Assembly: GCA_951406725.2 (NCBI GenBank)
Contig: OX597818.1
Coordinates: forward strand, 68,944,001-69,008,000
Direction of reading: 5' to 3'
DNA from: Octopus vulgaris
Taxonomy: Eukaryota
DNA length: 64,000 nucleotides
How positions within the stretch are numbered: the stretch's first letter is position 1; every line of letters begins with the position of its first letter. Positions 1-12,699 of the stretch are shown here, piece by piece. The position numbers and the translations under genes are program-made. The notes under the pieces are model-generated. The model was not told the origin of the DNA. It was given only the letters and a program-made list of their open reading frames with translations, and ran no database searches.

Positions 1-533
1 TAGACACACATACACATACACACATGTGCATGCACACATCAAACACACATATACATCATATATACTCATGTGTGCATGCGCAGATCCACATATATTCATG
101 TGCACACATGCTCGCACATGCACACACACACACAGACACACACACATATATTAGTATACACGCACACACACACACACATATATTACTATATACGCACACA
201 CACACACACACGTGTGTGTTTCAATGGTTGATTGTTGAGGCATGAAACAATTCTGATAGTAAATTGAAAGCAAACCAGAATAATATTTACATTTTCTTTA
301 GTTTACATAAGAAAAAAACAAAAAAATAGGAAAATCAAAAATCAAAATGAAGACGCAAGGAATAACAAAAATATTCATATTTTATTTCAATTTCAGCAGG
401 TTTTTATTTATCATTGTTGTTGTTATTGTTGTTGTTGCTGCTGTTGTTGTTGCTGTCGTTATTGTTGCCATTAGTGTCGTTGTTGTTGTTGTTGTTGTTC
501 TTGTTGTTGTTGTTGTTCTTCTTCTTCTTCTTC

Positions 534-610
<77 letters not shown>

Positions 611-724
611 ACTGTTGTTGCTGTTGTTGTTGTTGTTGTTTTTATTATTATTATTATTATTACTATTATTACTGGAACTTCCAGTATATATGTGTATGTG
701 TGTGTATGAATGTATGTATATACA

Positions 725-766
<42 letters not shown>

Positions 767-865
767 CCACATATATATACACACACACACATACGCACAC
801 ACACACAAACGCAAACACACACACACAAACACGCAAACGCACACACAGACACACACACACACACA
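1..865. repeat. Compound microsatellites (CA)n, (GTT)n/(CTT)n/(ATT)n, (TA)n
   Basis: Directly visible; explains the poly-V/I/N/HT ORFs. Confidence 0.95.
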
Positions 866-937
866 TTGTCTCTACGTGTGTTCTTATTTGCATTGTAAGA
901 AATCATAATTCCTCTCTATGTATAATTCATTACTTAC

Positions 938-962
938 CGTTTTCGGATTCAGCTTCTGCCAT
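938..962 (-). CDS. Candidate first coding segment (MAEAESEN + phase-1 donor) of an unidentified gene continuing left of the window
   Basis: Minus strand reads AAACC-ATG GCA GAA GCT GAA TCC GAA AAC G|GTAAGT: good Kozak context (A-3, G+4), consensus donor, in-frame upstream TAG at 1092-1094, non-repetitive sequence. Confidence 0.5.
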
Positions 963-1244
963 GGTTTGCTTGTTTCTACATTTTCTTATATTGCCAAATA
1001 TTCCAAGAATAATTTTTTCTTCAGTCTCTAATATTTTCCTTCTTCTAAGTGACCGACCAATTTGTAAAGTAACTTTCTTCCCATTACTCTTCTATGATCT
1101 TCAGTAAAAGCAAGATTGGAAAGGAATTCACCGACATCTCTTGTTACTCGCTGTACACTTGTACAGAACTGGCACCAAAACAGTATTTATGGCAGATTAT
1201 TACTCAAATAAAGAATCAAATGTTTCTTGCATGGCATGAAAGTT
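938..1244 (-). other. Candidate spliced exon (5'UTR plus start codon), 307 nt
   Basis: Acceptor CTTTTATTTTCTCTTTAACTAG| (AG at 1246-1245) and donor GTAAGT (937-932) bracket unique sequence. Confidence 0.45.
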
Positions 1245-1730
1245 CTAGTTAAAGAGAAAATAAAAGGTTGGCTTTTGAAACGTCTTTTCAAAACCATCTT
1301 ATTATAATTCTCATTTGAGTAGATTTAATCTCAGCACTATAAACTAGAACATTTCTGCTGGCCCATTCTCTTTTATTATTTTGGTTCTGCTCTGCTGCTA
1401 TGAATGTAGAGGCTGGGTATTGTTTTTTTCTTCTTTTTTTTACTACCCGCCTTTATTATTTTTTTTTCCAGTTCCAAAGAAAGATAGTATCTAGAATTAG
1501 CAGGAATTCGGTAATGGTTTGCATTGACATGAATCAAATTGGAAATAAAAACTGAAATTTATGATGCTATGTCTTGACATAAAATAAAGATTGAGATTTT
1601 GGATCAATCTTTTATCAGAACAGTGCCTTATTAAAAGAACATCACCAAAACCGAATCCATGGCATTTTTCTAACTTACTTCACTGGATATTTGTTGATAG
1701 ACATATTTCAAGGAAACCTTCTTAATTAGT

Positions 1731-2663
<933 letters not shown>

Positions 2664-2839
2664 TAGTTTATCAGTATTCTTCTGATAAGCTTTTAAATTC
2701 TCCTCCAACTACATTTTTCTTCCTAAATTATTATGGAAATGTACTTGCATAGCAAGTGACCTGATCTGAGACCCTAATTGTGTCCTAAATTATATTTTAC
2801 CAATATTCTGATCTCCTTTTGATACTATGACTCTTTAAA

Positions 2840-3050
2840 ATGGTGAACTGGCAGAGTTGTTAAGGTTTCAGTTAGAATGCCTTGGAGTATATATTTGATT
2901 CTCTCAGTGATCTGAGTTCAAATCCCACTGCAGTCAACTTAACCATTCATCCTTTCAAAGTTGGTAATGAAAGTACCAATCTTAGGCCAGGGGTGGATTG
3001 ATAGAACTGCTGGGGCGGTGGGGGGGGCAACAAGATACATTGTGACATAT
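2840..3050 (+). mobile_element. tRNA-derived SINE family B (Nin/Deu-like core), diverged
   Basis: GGTGAACTGGCAGA head, GAGTTCAAATCCC B box, TTCATCCTTTC...AAGTACC core. Confidence 0.75.
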
Positions 3051-3170
3051 GGTCCAGCTCATTCCATTCTCAGAGCAATTCCAGTGATGACACAGATGCC
3101 AAGCTGTATCAGCCCAAATCAAGTGCCTTTCCCTTGAATAAACATCAGTGTTATGGAGATGGAGAGATCT

Positions 3171-3227
3171 GCAATCACAGGTAATTCGCATTCACAGGTA
3201 ATTGGCAATCACAGGTAATTGGCAATC
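3171..3227. repeat. 17-bp tandem repeat, about 3.3 copies (GCAATCACAGGTAATTG)
   Basis: Directly visible. Confidence 0.9.
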
Positions 3228-3239
3228 TTTCTTTAAACA

Positions 3240-5360
3240 TCTTGCTTAGGTCTGCAGAAACATTAACACATGACGTAACTCAGTCTCCTTTTCTTCAATT
3301 ATGTCCCCTATTAACCATCAGTTCTGTCATGTCTGGATATCTCCCTCCTTCTAAGCCAGGACTGGGTCTCCAGACACAATATCCTTTTCTTTGTTTCTTC
3401 CCCATCACCACATATTCTGTAGTTACTTATAGTATAATATTTTCCTTCATTATGTATTTCTGGTGGGGAGGCTTTGATCTTGTGCTGCAATTAAAACCCC
3501 TTTTCTCTCTGCTTTGAGTCCTGAACTTCTCAACTTCTGTTGGGATTTCACTTTGTCTATTTCTTCTCTGTTTTGCTTATCCCAGTATTTGCTAAGCAAG
3601 AGTTTTTCTTGCCACCATTTTATCCTGGTATTTTGTAGTTTCACTTTTTGTTTAGATTTTCGTTGCTTTACAACTTTTGCCATTTGCTCTGGTTCTTTTT
3701 TTTTCTTTTGCATTGTTTTCAGGTACCTCTTTCTTGTAATGTTTGGCTTCCTTAAAGACAGCAAATACTTTCGTGTTTTGCTCATGTTGTGTGGCATTTT
3801 GTACCAGTTTTCCTTGCTTCTGAGTTAAGTATTTCTCTAATCCTATATTTTACAATATAGTTTCCTAAATGCATGAGGCCTCTACCAGCTTCAGCTTGTC
3901 GTTTATATAACTTTTCTATATCAGATTTTTGGTGATGTATTCTAAATACTGCCATTATTTTCCTTGTTTGCCAATTCCATTTAGTGTCAAATTATGAATA
4001 CTATAACTGCTGCTTGTAACTGGGACAGCCACAGTATTGATACCCATTATCTTATTTTTTGCATTCAGCTCTGTTTCAAGTGTTAATCTAACCTGTCTGC
4101 AGCATTCCTTATCTTCTCATACATTTGTGTGTGTTGTACCTTATCTGGCTCATTGATTCCTATGTTTGACTTTGGTCTAATTCCCTTTTTGCATTTTCTT
4201 TATTTAGTGTCATATTATTATTCTTAACAAGTTTTCCTCTTTTCAAGATTGCTTTGGCACATTTTCCTAAACCAAAGTTCATGTTTGGTAAATCCATGCA
4301 CCGTCTGTGGTAATGGTTTCAGCTGTTTGTCATTTGCAACATCCAGTTTTAGATCATCCATATACAAAAGATGGTTGGTTATTTTATCGTAACATGTCAG
4401 TGAAAGGTATCAGTGCCAGATAGAAAAGGAGTGGAGGGAGAGAGAGAGAGAGAGAGAGTCTCCTTGGAATATTCCTCTTCTAATGGGGATGGCTTTAGCT
4501 TTTATGATTCCTTCTTTTGTCTGGAACTGCAGAATTGTTTGCCATTTGTTCATGACATGTTTTATATTTTTTATTATTGTTGGTGCTACCGTGTTCATGG
4601 CTAGTGTTTCCATCCTCAAAACACTGGCTCTAGGGAATACAGTCAAAAGCTTTCTGATAATTGATCCAACTCATGCTTAGATCCTTCTTTTTCTTTTGAC
4701 TGTCTTCAGTTATGGCTTTATTGATCAATAATTGGTCTTTACAGCCACCAGAGCCTTTGCGGCATCTCTTCTGCTCTTCCGGAAACAGGTTGTTTTTTTT
4801 AGATGTTGGCCCATTCTCTGTGATATTATTGCAGTTAAGGATTTGTAGGTTGCAGGGAGACATATTATGGGTCTGTAGCTTTATGCATTTGTTATTTTAA
4901 TGGATTTGGGATTAGGATAGCTTTCCCTTCTGTGAGCCATTAAGGTGTTGTCTCTGCCTCCATTAGTCTCTCACTGAGCTTCTCTGCCAATGCTTTATGT
5001 ATTCCTGTTAAAAGTTTTAGTTAGAAACTGAGAATCTTGTTGCATCCTGGTGCTTTTCTAAAGAAGGTTACTTCTTCCATTGTTATAAGTGTCCAGAGTT
5101 GCTCAGGTGTTGTGTTTGTTTTAACTGATCTTTCCTGGGGTAGTTCTTTTACCATCCATACTTCTTCCCAAAATTCTTTCACTCCTCCTGCTACTATGGG
5201 TGATATAAGGATCTCTATTTTATTATTACTGATTTTTTTTTTTGGGGGGGGAGAATCATTTTGGATTGTAGCTTACTTTGTTCAAAGAATCGTTGAAATA
5301 TTTCACATCAATGAATTCTTTGTGATTTGGTGAGAATATCTTACTTCTAGCTCTAGATGT
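3240..5360 (-). mobile_element. Decayed R4/Dong-clade (RLE-type) non-LTR retrotransposon, RT region
   Basis: Minus-strand motifs in correct order: FWEEVW, KAPG, GCKDQLLINKAI, WINYQKAFDCIP, IPIRRGIFQGDSLS, LLYMDDLKL, LIAAQDQSLPTRN; many stops and frameshifts. Confidence 0.9.
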
Positions 5361-5411
5361 TTTACATCCCAGATTATTTTATTATTGTCACTATTATTGT
5401 TATTATTGTGT

Positions 5412-5572
5412 GTGAGAGCAGTGCATGCCATCAAAGTGACACTGGAGTAAAATATAGAAAGCCCAATATACCCATCATGACTACCTGTCTGATAAGGGTA
5501 TATCAGGCTTATGCATCACAACCATATCTGCACAACATAGTCATCCCATATCAAGATAAACAGTGCATGACC
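5412..5572 (+). mobile_element. Interspersed repeat family D (partial)
   Basis: Reverse-complement match to 18590-18760 (CATGCCATCAAAGTGACACTGG...ATACCCATCATGACT...GATAAGGGTA). Confidence 0.8.
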
Positions 5573-6024
5573 TTTATTTGGAAAATAAAATGGTTTTCTG
5601 TTGTAGATTTACTAATGGAAGTCTTTCTGATTGTTTAAGGTTATTTTGCTTGGTATGGATGGAATGTGTCAGCTGTCCACAGCCAACAGACTCTGGTGAC
5701 ACTTGTTTACTGGTCATACTTCAAGAATCCTGTGAAGAATTCTTGCAGTTCCAAGCAATGCTGATTTTTGTAGGTGTCCTACCTTCACACTTGCACCGAT
5801 CTTTTTCAGTCATGCTGGTAGATGAGTGTTGATGCTTCCAAATGCACCAATTGCTATTGTTGTTGTTGTTGTTATAAATGCAATGAGCAGACAGAATCCG
5901 TACTATGCCAGACAAAATACTCAATGGCATTTTCTTTATTCCTTTATTCTTTGCCTTCTTTTTTTGTGAAATCTTTAAGAACAAAGAATAAAAAAGCAAA
6001 GAACACTATATTGCTTGATCCAGT

Positions 6025-6184
6025 ATGGTTGTTAAAATATTTGCAGTGATGGATGTTGTAAGAGAATGAGTGGAAGAAGAAAGGTTAATGATGGAGACTT
6101 AACAGGAATAAAATGAGCAAGAGACCTAAATGTAAATTTATTTTACATCAGGACACCCATCGCTGCAAATATTTTAACAACCAT
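6025..6184. mobile_element. MITE-like element with 32-bp terminal inverted repeats
   Basis: ATGGTTGTTAAAATATTTGCAGTGATGGATGT (6025-6056) vs ACACCCATCGCTGCAAATATTTTAACAACCAT (6153-6184), 2 mismatches. Confidence 0.75.
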
Positions 6185-6244
6185 TTTACCATATTTACAG
6201 AGATAGGGGTAGGGATTTTCCTTTGCTATGTATTGCCCTGGTGT

Positions 6245-6500
6245 GGGTACATGGCCTAGTGGACAGGATGTCGCTCTCACAATCATGAGATTGTGAGTTC
6301 AATTACCTGAGAGGGTGGTGTTTGTGTTCTTGAGTAAAATACTTTATCTCAAGTTACTCTACAATCACTTCAGCACCTGATGTGTGACACACCATGCACC
6401 TGTACAGGTAACATTCATTTGATGGAATTTGAGAATGAGCAGCACAAAAACTGATCTCATTAAACGGATCCTCTGTGCTGGTTGTTCAACAAGAAATTGC
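6245..6500 (+). mobile_element. tRNA-derived SINE with GTGTCCTTGAGCAAG-type core, old copy
   Basis: TGGCCTAGTGG A box, GAGTTCAATT B box, GTGTTCTTGAGTAAAATACTT core; related heads at 27850-28070(-), 28760-29090(+), 61340-61660(-). Confidence 0.65.
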
Positions 6501-7374
6501 AGAACCATGTTTTTCAGACTCGACTGACAATCATTAAATACATGCATTGTCCCTCATGGCCCTTTTTTTTCCATCTCCCTCCAACAGAGACCCAAATGCA
6601 GAATCCTTTTTGTATCTTATTCAATTTTCCTCACTCTACCTTATATCTTCCTCAATCAACTTCTTGAACATGTTCCATCCACTTGAAGAACTTGGCACTT
6701 CTTTATACAACTGGCATTCTTTACATGCATCACTTACCCAAAGCCGTATCAGACTACTACAAAAGACACATTCGCAAAGTGCTACACTGTGGAATTGAAA
6801 GCAGAACCTTATGTTTCTAAGCAAACTTCTTCACCTCACAGACTTACATTCAGATATACTCACACATGCATAGAAACACATGCACAACCTTAAAAAAGCA
6901 CACATACACAATCAGCTACAGGAAATTTATTTACAGAAGTGATTTTATACAGAATTTGAGACTAAATGGCTCTCAATGTCATTCTTGCATCTCAATATAT
7001 TTTACTGTGTAAAAGAACACATAACAAGATATTCTCTATCAGGCATCAGTAAATGCCTGGAACAGAAGAGTAATGTGTAAGACAATGCCGTATTGATCTT
7101 ATGAAATGACATGTTAAGACAAAATCTACAGACATTAGAATAGCCTGGAGACATCGAGAGGTCATGTTTCTTAATGATCACGAATCTTTCAATATGGAGT
7201 TCTTAGTCTTCATGGTTATTAGCAAATTAACAATGGATAAATTAGATCTTAGTAAACAGATCCCATCAACGATATATCAATATTGATATTAAAAAATAGA
7301 CGATGCTCATAAGATGACTCTTTAACTTGGAATACATTTCAGTTCTTCATAAGACAGCTTTGCTCTGTCATAGT

Positions 7375-7770
7375 GAAGCACATGGCTGCATACTAAGCAG
7401 TTTGATTCCCGACCACATGGTTCTGGGTTCAATCCCACTGTATGGCATTTTAGGCAAATGCTTCCTACTAGAACCCTGGGCCAACCAAAGCCCTGTGAGT
7501 GGATTTGATAGATGAAAACTGAGAGAAGCTCATTGTATATAGATTTCTGTGTGTGTGTCATTGTGTCTGTGTTTGTACCCCCACCACTGCTTGACAACTG
7601 GTATTGGTGTGGTCACATTACAGTAACCTAGCAGTGCAGCAAATGAGACTGATAGAATAAGTACTAAGATTAAAAAAAAAGAAAAAAGTACTAGGCATGC
7701 TTCACTAGACTAGCCCAGCATGGCCACAATCTAATGACTGAAACAAATAAAAGAAAAAATAAAAGATAGA
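7375..7770 (+). mobile_element. SINE family A
   Basis: Same head, body and tail as 1731-2663. Confidence 0.85.
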
Positions 7771-8025
7771 CTTTATGCCATAGAAATGTTCCATTGCAAT
7801 CTGTGACTGATTGATTATTGATTCAAATGGCTGAAACGCAGGGTTTTCTGCGAAAGACAGGTGTTTAGTGTTGTTGATAGCAAAGCAATGTGTGTAGAGC
7901 TGCTGCCACGAAACACAGGAGGAGAAATATGCCTCCAGTATACACTGTGGGGTGGCTGGCATTAGGAAGTACATTGAGCTAGAGAAATTATGCCAAAAAC
8001 AAGACATCCAATCAAGATGTATACA

Positions 8026-8063
<38 letters not shown>

Positions 8064-8069
8064 GTGAGA

Positions 8070-8250
8070 ATTTACAAAAAACAAAAGACGAAGACGGGTG
8101 TGTAAACAACAAATAGATGTATTAGTTCAATGCTTGGGAATTGAGAAAGTCTTTTACATTTCGAGCCTATGCTCTTCAACAGAAAGGAACACAGAAATAA
8201 ACAGGGAGAGAAAATAAAATAAAGAGTTTAGTGGCTAGCGATCTATCATA
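8070..8250 (-). mobile_element. Short Penelope pLTR-like repeat carrying a variant hammerhead motif
   Basis: 8070-8127 matches 10748-10836; contains CTGTTGA-A-GAGC-ATAG-GCTC-GAAA on the minus strand. Confidence 0.55.
8151..8187 (-). ncRNA. Variant minimal type-I hammerhead ribozyme motif (probably decayed)
   Basis: CCUUU CUGUUGA A GAGC-AUAG-GCUC GAAA UG UA^AAAG; stems I and II pair, but core position A6 is U. Confidence 0.45.
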
Positions 8251-8267
8251 TATATCCTCCTCCTTAT

Positions 8268-8550
8268 CATCATCATCATTGTCATAGTCATTGTCATCGT
8301 TTAACGTCTGCTTTGCATGCTGACATGGGTTAGATGGTTTGAGTGGAACTGGTAAGCTGGAGAGATGCACGAGGTTTCAGTCATATTTTTCATGGTTTCT
8401 ATGACTGGATGCTCTTCCTGAAACCAACTGCTCCAAGAGTGTAATCGATGTTTTTTATGTGCCACAAGCAGGGGTGCCATTCCCATGACACTGGTAATGG
8501 CCATGGCTAGGATTTCACTTGGCTTCATGAGTCTTGTCAAGCAGAGCATA
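8268..8550 (-). mobile_element. RTE-type LINE 3' UTR fragment with (GAT)n tail
   Basis: CATCGTTTAACGTCTGCTTTGCATGCTG...CTGGATGCTCTTCCT signature shared with 51998-52728. Confidence 0.8.
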
Positions 8551-8592
8551 TTGCCATTATATGTGAGTGTGCATAAATATATGAGTGTCTGA

Positions 8593-8623
<31 letters not shown>

Positions 8624-8799
8624 TGTGTGTGTATATTATATACATATACATATGTAAATGTCAAACAACAAGAATGAGTGTATATCACCGCATTGGTGGA
8701 TAGAATATGTTTATTTGTGTATTAAAGTTACCATTGGTTTCATGTTAAGAAAAATATCTTAATATCTTAGCAATTTTCAAGCCAGTCACATGGATGAAT

Positions 8800-10045
8800 G
8801 GTGTTCGTTTCCATTTTGGATGAAAGTACAAAGTCTTGTGAATTCATAATGACACTTTATTGGAGAGGCAACTATAGCTAACTTTGACAGTGTTTCTCTT
8901 TTCCTCTGTCTGCATCTTGTTGGTCTCTTTGTATTTGGTCCAATGTAATTTATGCTATTCTTGAAGTTGAACCTTTCCAATGCAGCATCATAATATGTGG
9001 CAGCTTTCTGAAAAGTGTCTTTATCTGGAGATAGATTGAAGACACACCTTCTAATGTTATTAACTAGTTGTTTACAAACTTCTGTTGGGTGGTTGCAGCT
9101 TATGTCTATGTATGAGGTTTCTTCATTTCATTTGTGGTAGGGTTTAAATTTGCCTGTACTAAGGTTCATGTTAATATCTAGGAAGTCGACTTCTTTAAGG
9201 TTGGTGCTAATTGTGGTTCTTAGACCTAATTGGCTAAATATTTTGCATAATTTTTTCCTGATCCTATCCATATCATGTTTGTGCTTATTGTGTACTACTT
9301 CTAGGCCATCGACCTTTTATAAACCTATGATGGCTTCTTGTATTTCTTTTCAAAGTATATCTTGGATATAAACACCTACATGATCAGCTTTCTCTGCACC
9401 ATCATAGCTCCCCATCTCATCCTCATTCTTTTTTACCCCAGAGAAATTACGAAAAACTAATGACTTCCTTATCATCATAATTTTATTTATATCAGTGTTT
9501 GTTATGGTAACATATGCCTTATTAAATTCAAGTGCCTTTTCAAGCAAGCTTTTGGAGACCTACGATGTTAAATTGGATAAATTTTGGGTTTATCTTCTAT
9601 TTTTTAAAACCATTCAATAGTTGCTCTTCCGCATATCTGTTGGGTAAGGTTTGTGTATGTACTGATATGTCGTATGATATTATCTGATATGGATTTACTA
9701 ATAATTCCTATTTCACTTTTTGTAGGATTTATTAATAGGATTTATTAATCTACAGCTAGATTTTGCTTGAAGTTATCTTTCTAGTATATACAAGGATTTC
9801 GTGGGATAACCTTTTCTTCTTTATCTTTTATTTCAAATCTTGTAGCTAAATATTTTGCCTCTGCATTAATTGAATTACAAGTGCTGGGGCTGTTCTTTCT
9901 TGTATGTTGTCAGGATTTTGTTGCATGTCCGGTTGTTTACTTCTTTGATATTTTTTGCTTCACCTGCTTTAATAAACACGTTTGATGATGTTTTAAATGG
10001 TTTTAAAAGATATTTTTGCAATGTGAGTTGGAACTTGTTGGACCT
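8800..10045 (-). mobile_element. Decayed Penelope-like element reverse transcriptase (Neptune-like)
   Basis: Minus-strand motifs CRLINP..KSEIGIISK, MGSYDGAE, decayed GL.xDDGL, VDFLDINMNLSTGKFKPYHK, YIDISCNHP, TVKVSYSC; stops and a 13-bp duplication near 9723. Confidence 0.85.
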
Positions 10046-10049
10046 TTGG

Positions 10050-10106
10050 TTAGATAGGTAGATAAAGAGACAGATAGATAGATAGATAGAAAGATAGATA
10101 GATAGT

Positions 10107-10150
<44 letters not shown>

Positions 10151-10197
10151 AAGAGAGATAGAGAGAGAGAGAGATAGGTAGATAGATAGGTAGATAA

Positions 10198-10233
<36 letters not shown>

Positions 10234-10280
10234 GTAGGTAGGTAGGTAATTAGGTAGGTAGATAGATAGATGGATAGATA
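10050..10280. repeat. (GATA)n microsatellite
   Basis: Directly visible. Confidence 0.95.
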
Positions 10281-10608
10281 ATGCTATTTGAATAACGGTT
10301 TGACTCAGTTCCATAAACTGAACCTTGTGCATGAGGCTAATTTCATTTATATCCTCTTCCTCTGAAGGCTAAAAGGAGATCAGACATATTCAAGATGGCT
10401 TCTAGGTAGTTATATTATTTCACAAGTAAGCAAAAATTACTTGATTTAATTATTTTTGTCAGTAGATTTGTTTTTCTCTCATAACGTTTTCTTAAGCAAA
10501 ATATTTAGGTTTATTTATATACATTGATTCATGTGTACACGCATGCATGTATATATATTTGGTGTTAATTTGCTTCAGCTTAATTTAATTTTACTTTAAT
10601 TGTATTTC

Positions 10609-10653
10609 GGCCAGAGTTCTTTCGTCACACTTCTGTGACCTCATCAGTGGTCC
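10609..10653 (-). ncRNA. Minimal type-I hammerhead ribozyme motif
   Basis: GGACCA CUGAUGA G GUCACA-GAAG-UGUGAC GAAA G-AA-C UC^UGGCC: intact CUGAUGA/GAAA/UH core, 6-bp stem II, vestigial stem III, bulged stem I. Confidence 0.65.
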
Positions 10654-10744
10654 TTTGCTTTCTTCTTTCTTATTTGTGTGTCATTCCTTACTAACGATCA
10701 GCCATTTTGAATATATAAACATTATATATATTTATAAAACGGGA

Positions 10745-10810
10745 AGGTTTACGAAAATAAACAAAAGACGAAGGCAGGTTTACGAAAATAAACAAAAGAC
10801 GAAGGCAGGT
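10745..10810. repeat. 31-bp tandem duplication inside a pLTR-like fragment
   Basis: AGGTTTACGAAAATAAACAAAAGACGAAGGC x2. Confidence 0.9.
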
Positions 10811-10910
10811 GGAGTACAAACAAACAGTGTATTAGTATATATTTATATATATATATATATGTATGTAGATGGATATATATGTATGTAGATGGATATATAT
10901 GTATGTTTGT

Positions 10911-11052
10911 ATATATAAATAAATAAATAAATGGAGTTTAACGCAGGTATAATTCAAATACTTTTACTTCCAACACATGTTTCAAAACATGTGTCGGAAG
11001 TAAAAGAATTTGAATAACACCTGCGTTTAACCCAATTTATTTATTTATATAT
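10911..11052. repeat. Near-perfect fold-back palindrome, arms about 70 bp
   Basis: ...AACGCAGGTATAATTCAAATACTTTTACTTCCAACACATGTTT / AAACATGTGTCGGAAGTAAAAGAATTTGAATAACACCTGCGTT... Confidence 0.9.
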
Positions 11053-11200
11053 TATACCAAAAATTCCACGTAAACCTGAAGTTTCTACCTTTAAAAACAA
11101 GGAGTTACAACCTCTTTACTTGTGTGATTTTTTGCAACCCTGGTAACTATTTATCTATTTTTCCTGTGTTAATTGTTAACAAGGGAAATATACACACATC

Positions 11201-11305
<105 letters not shown>

Positions 11306-12339
11306 CATGTGTGTGTATATCAAACACATGGCTTCAAATATCTTCCTACTGATGAAATTTTAGTAAAGCACTTGATATAAGTGTGTGTGTGTGTATCTGT
11401 GCATGTCCCTGTGAGTGCTTGCATGTATATATTTGTGTCTGTCAGTTATATCGCTTACCTTGCATGCATTAACAGAAGTTCATTTGTAATTGGAAAATAA
11501 TTTGTTTTTGTAACAAAAACTCTCTACATAAAACCAAAATTACTTTTCCAATATTATTTAAACTTGTCTCTCTTCTTATCCCAAGACCTGTTAATGCCAC
11601 TATACTAATTATTGTTTTCTTTTTCACCATTTTACTGTGTATTTTTTGTAAAGTTTTATTTTTTAATGTGGGTTTTTCAAAGATATTATTCAACAAATAA
11701 GAGAAAAACATTGCATTATTTCATTCTCACTGCTATCATCTGCTTTTTTCTATATTTTCTTCCTTCCTTACTTAACGAGGAATATGAAATTATCCAATTA
11801 CTCCAGCTTTGAATACCTTATCCTCCTGTCAAACCCTATTAATGTTATTTCATAACTAATGAATACTATAAATGCTCTCTCTCTCTCTCTACACACACAC
11901 ACATTATCATCTCTCCTTCTCTCATATACTCTTCCTTCTCCTCCTGCCCTTTTACTCCTTCCCTGCTTCGATTTCTTCTGTCATAAGAACGTGAAGGAGT
12001 TTGATATATACTGCTTCCGCATAGCATTTGAATAAACCTTTTCCACTTGCTGTCAAATTCCTTGTAACTAATCCATCGACATTTATCGTTCCCATGACGA
12101 CAGTAATCTACTTTGCATAAAACTGTCATAATCCACTTAAACTTGTATTCAATTTTTCATTATTCAATTTCAAATGTTTTTTCCTCCATTTTGCCTTCTA
12201 TTAATTTATTTAAACTTGTATTTTTCCTTGTTTCTAATTTAATATTCACTTTATCATCATCCTCATCACCATCATCGTCGTCGTCATCATCATCATCATC
12301 ATCATCATTAACATCTTCATCATTGTTATTTTTCTTTTT

Positions 12340-12630
12340 ATCACAGGTTTTGTTGGAACTCCTGGAGTCTTGCATGTGTAGCGGGCTTGCCACCTGCAAC
12401 CTACAGTACCATGCTATCCATTCTTTTCAGCTCTCTAATACTTTCCTGATTATTCTGGCCATGCCAAGGAAACAATTCTTTTGTAATGGCTCTACTCAGC
12501 ACTCTATTTCGATTTCCTTTATAATTCCTCATGATGCCTTCTGACACTCTTCCCAAGGACCCAACAATAATTGGTTCTATCTTCACCCTCTTCATTTTAC
12601 ATAGCCATATTATTTCATACTTAGGAGGGT

Positions 12631-12699
<69 letters not shown>

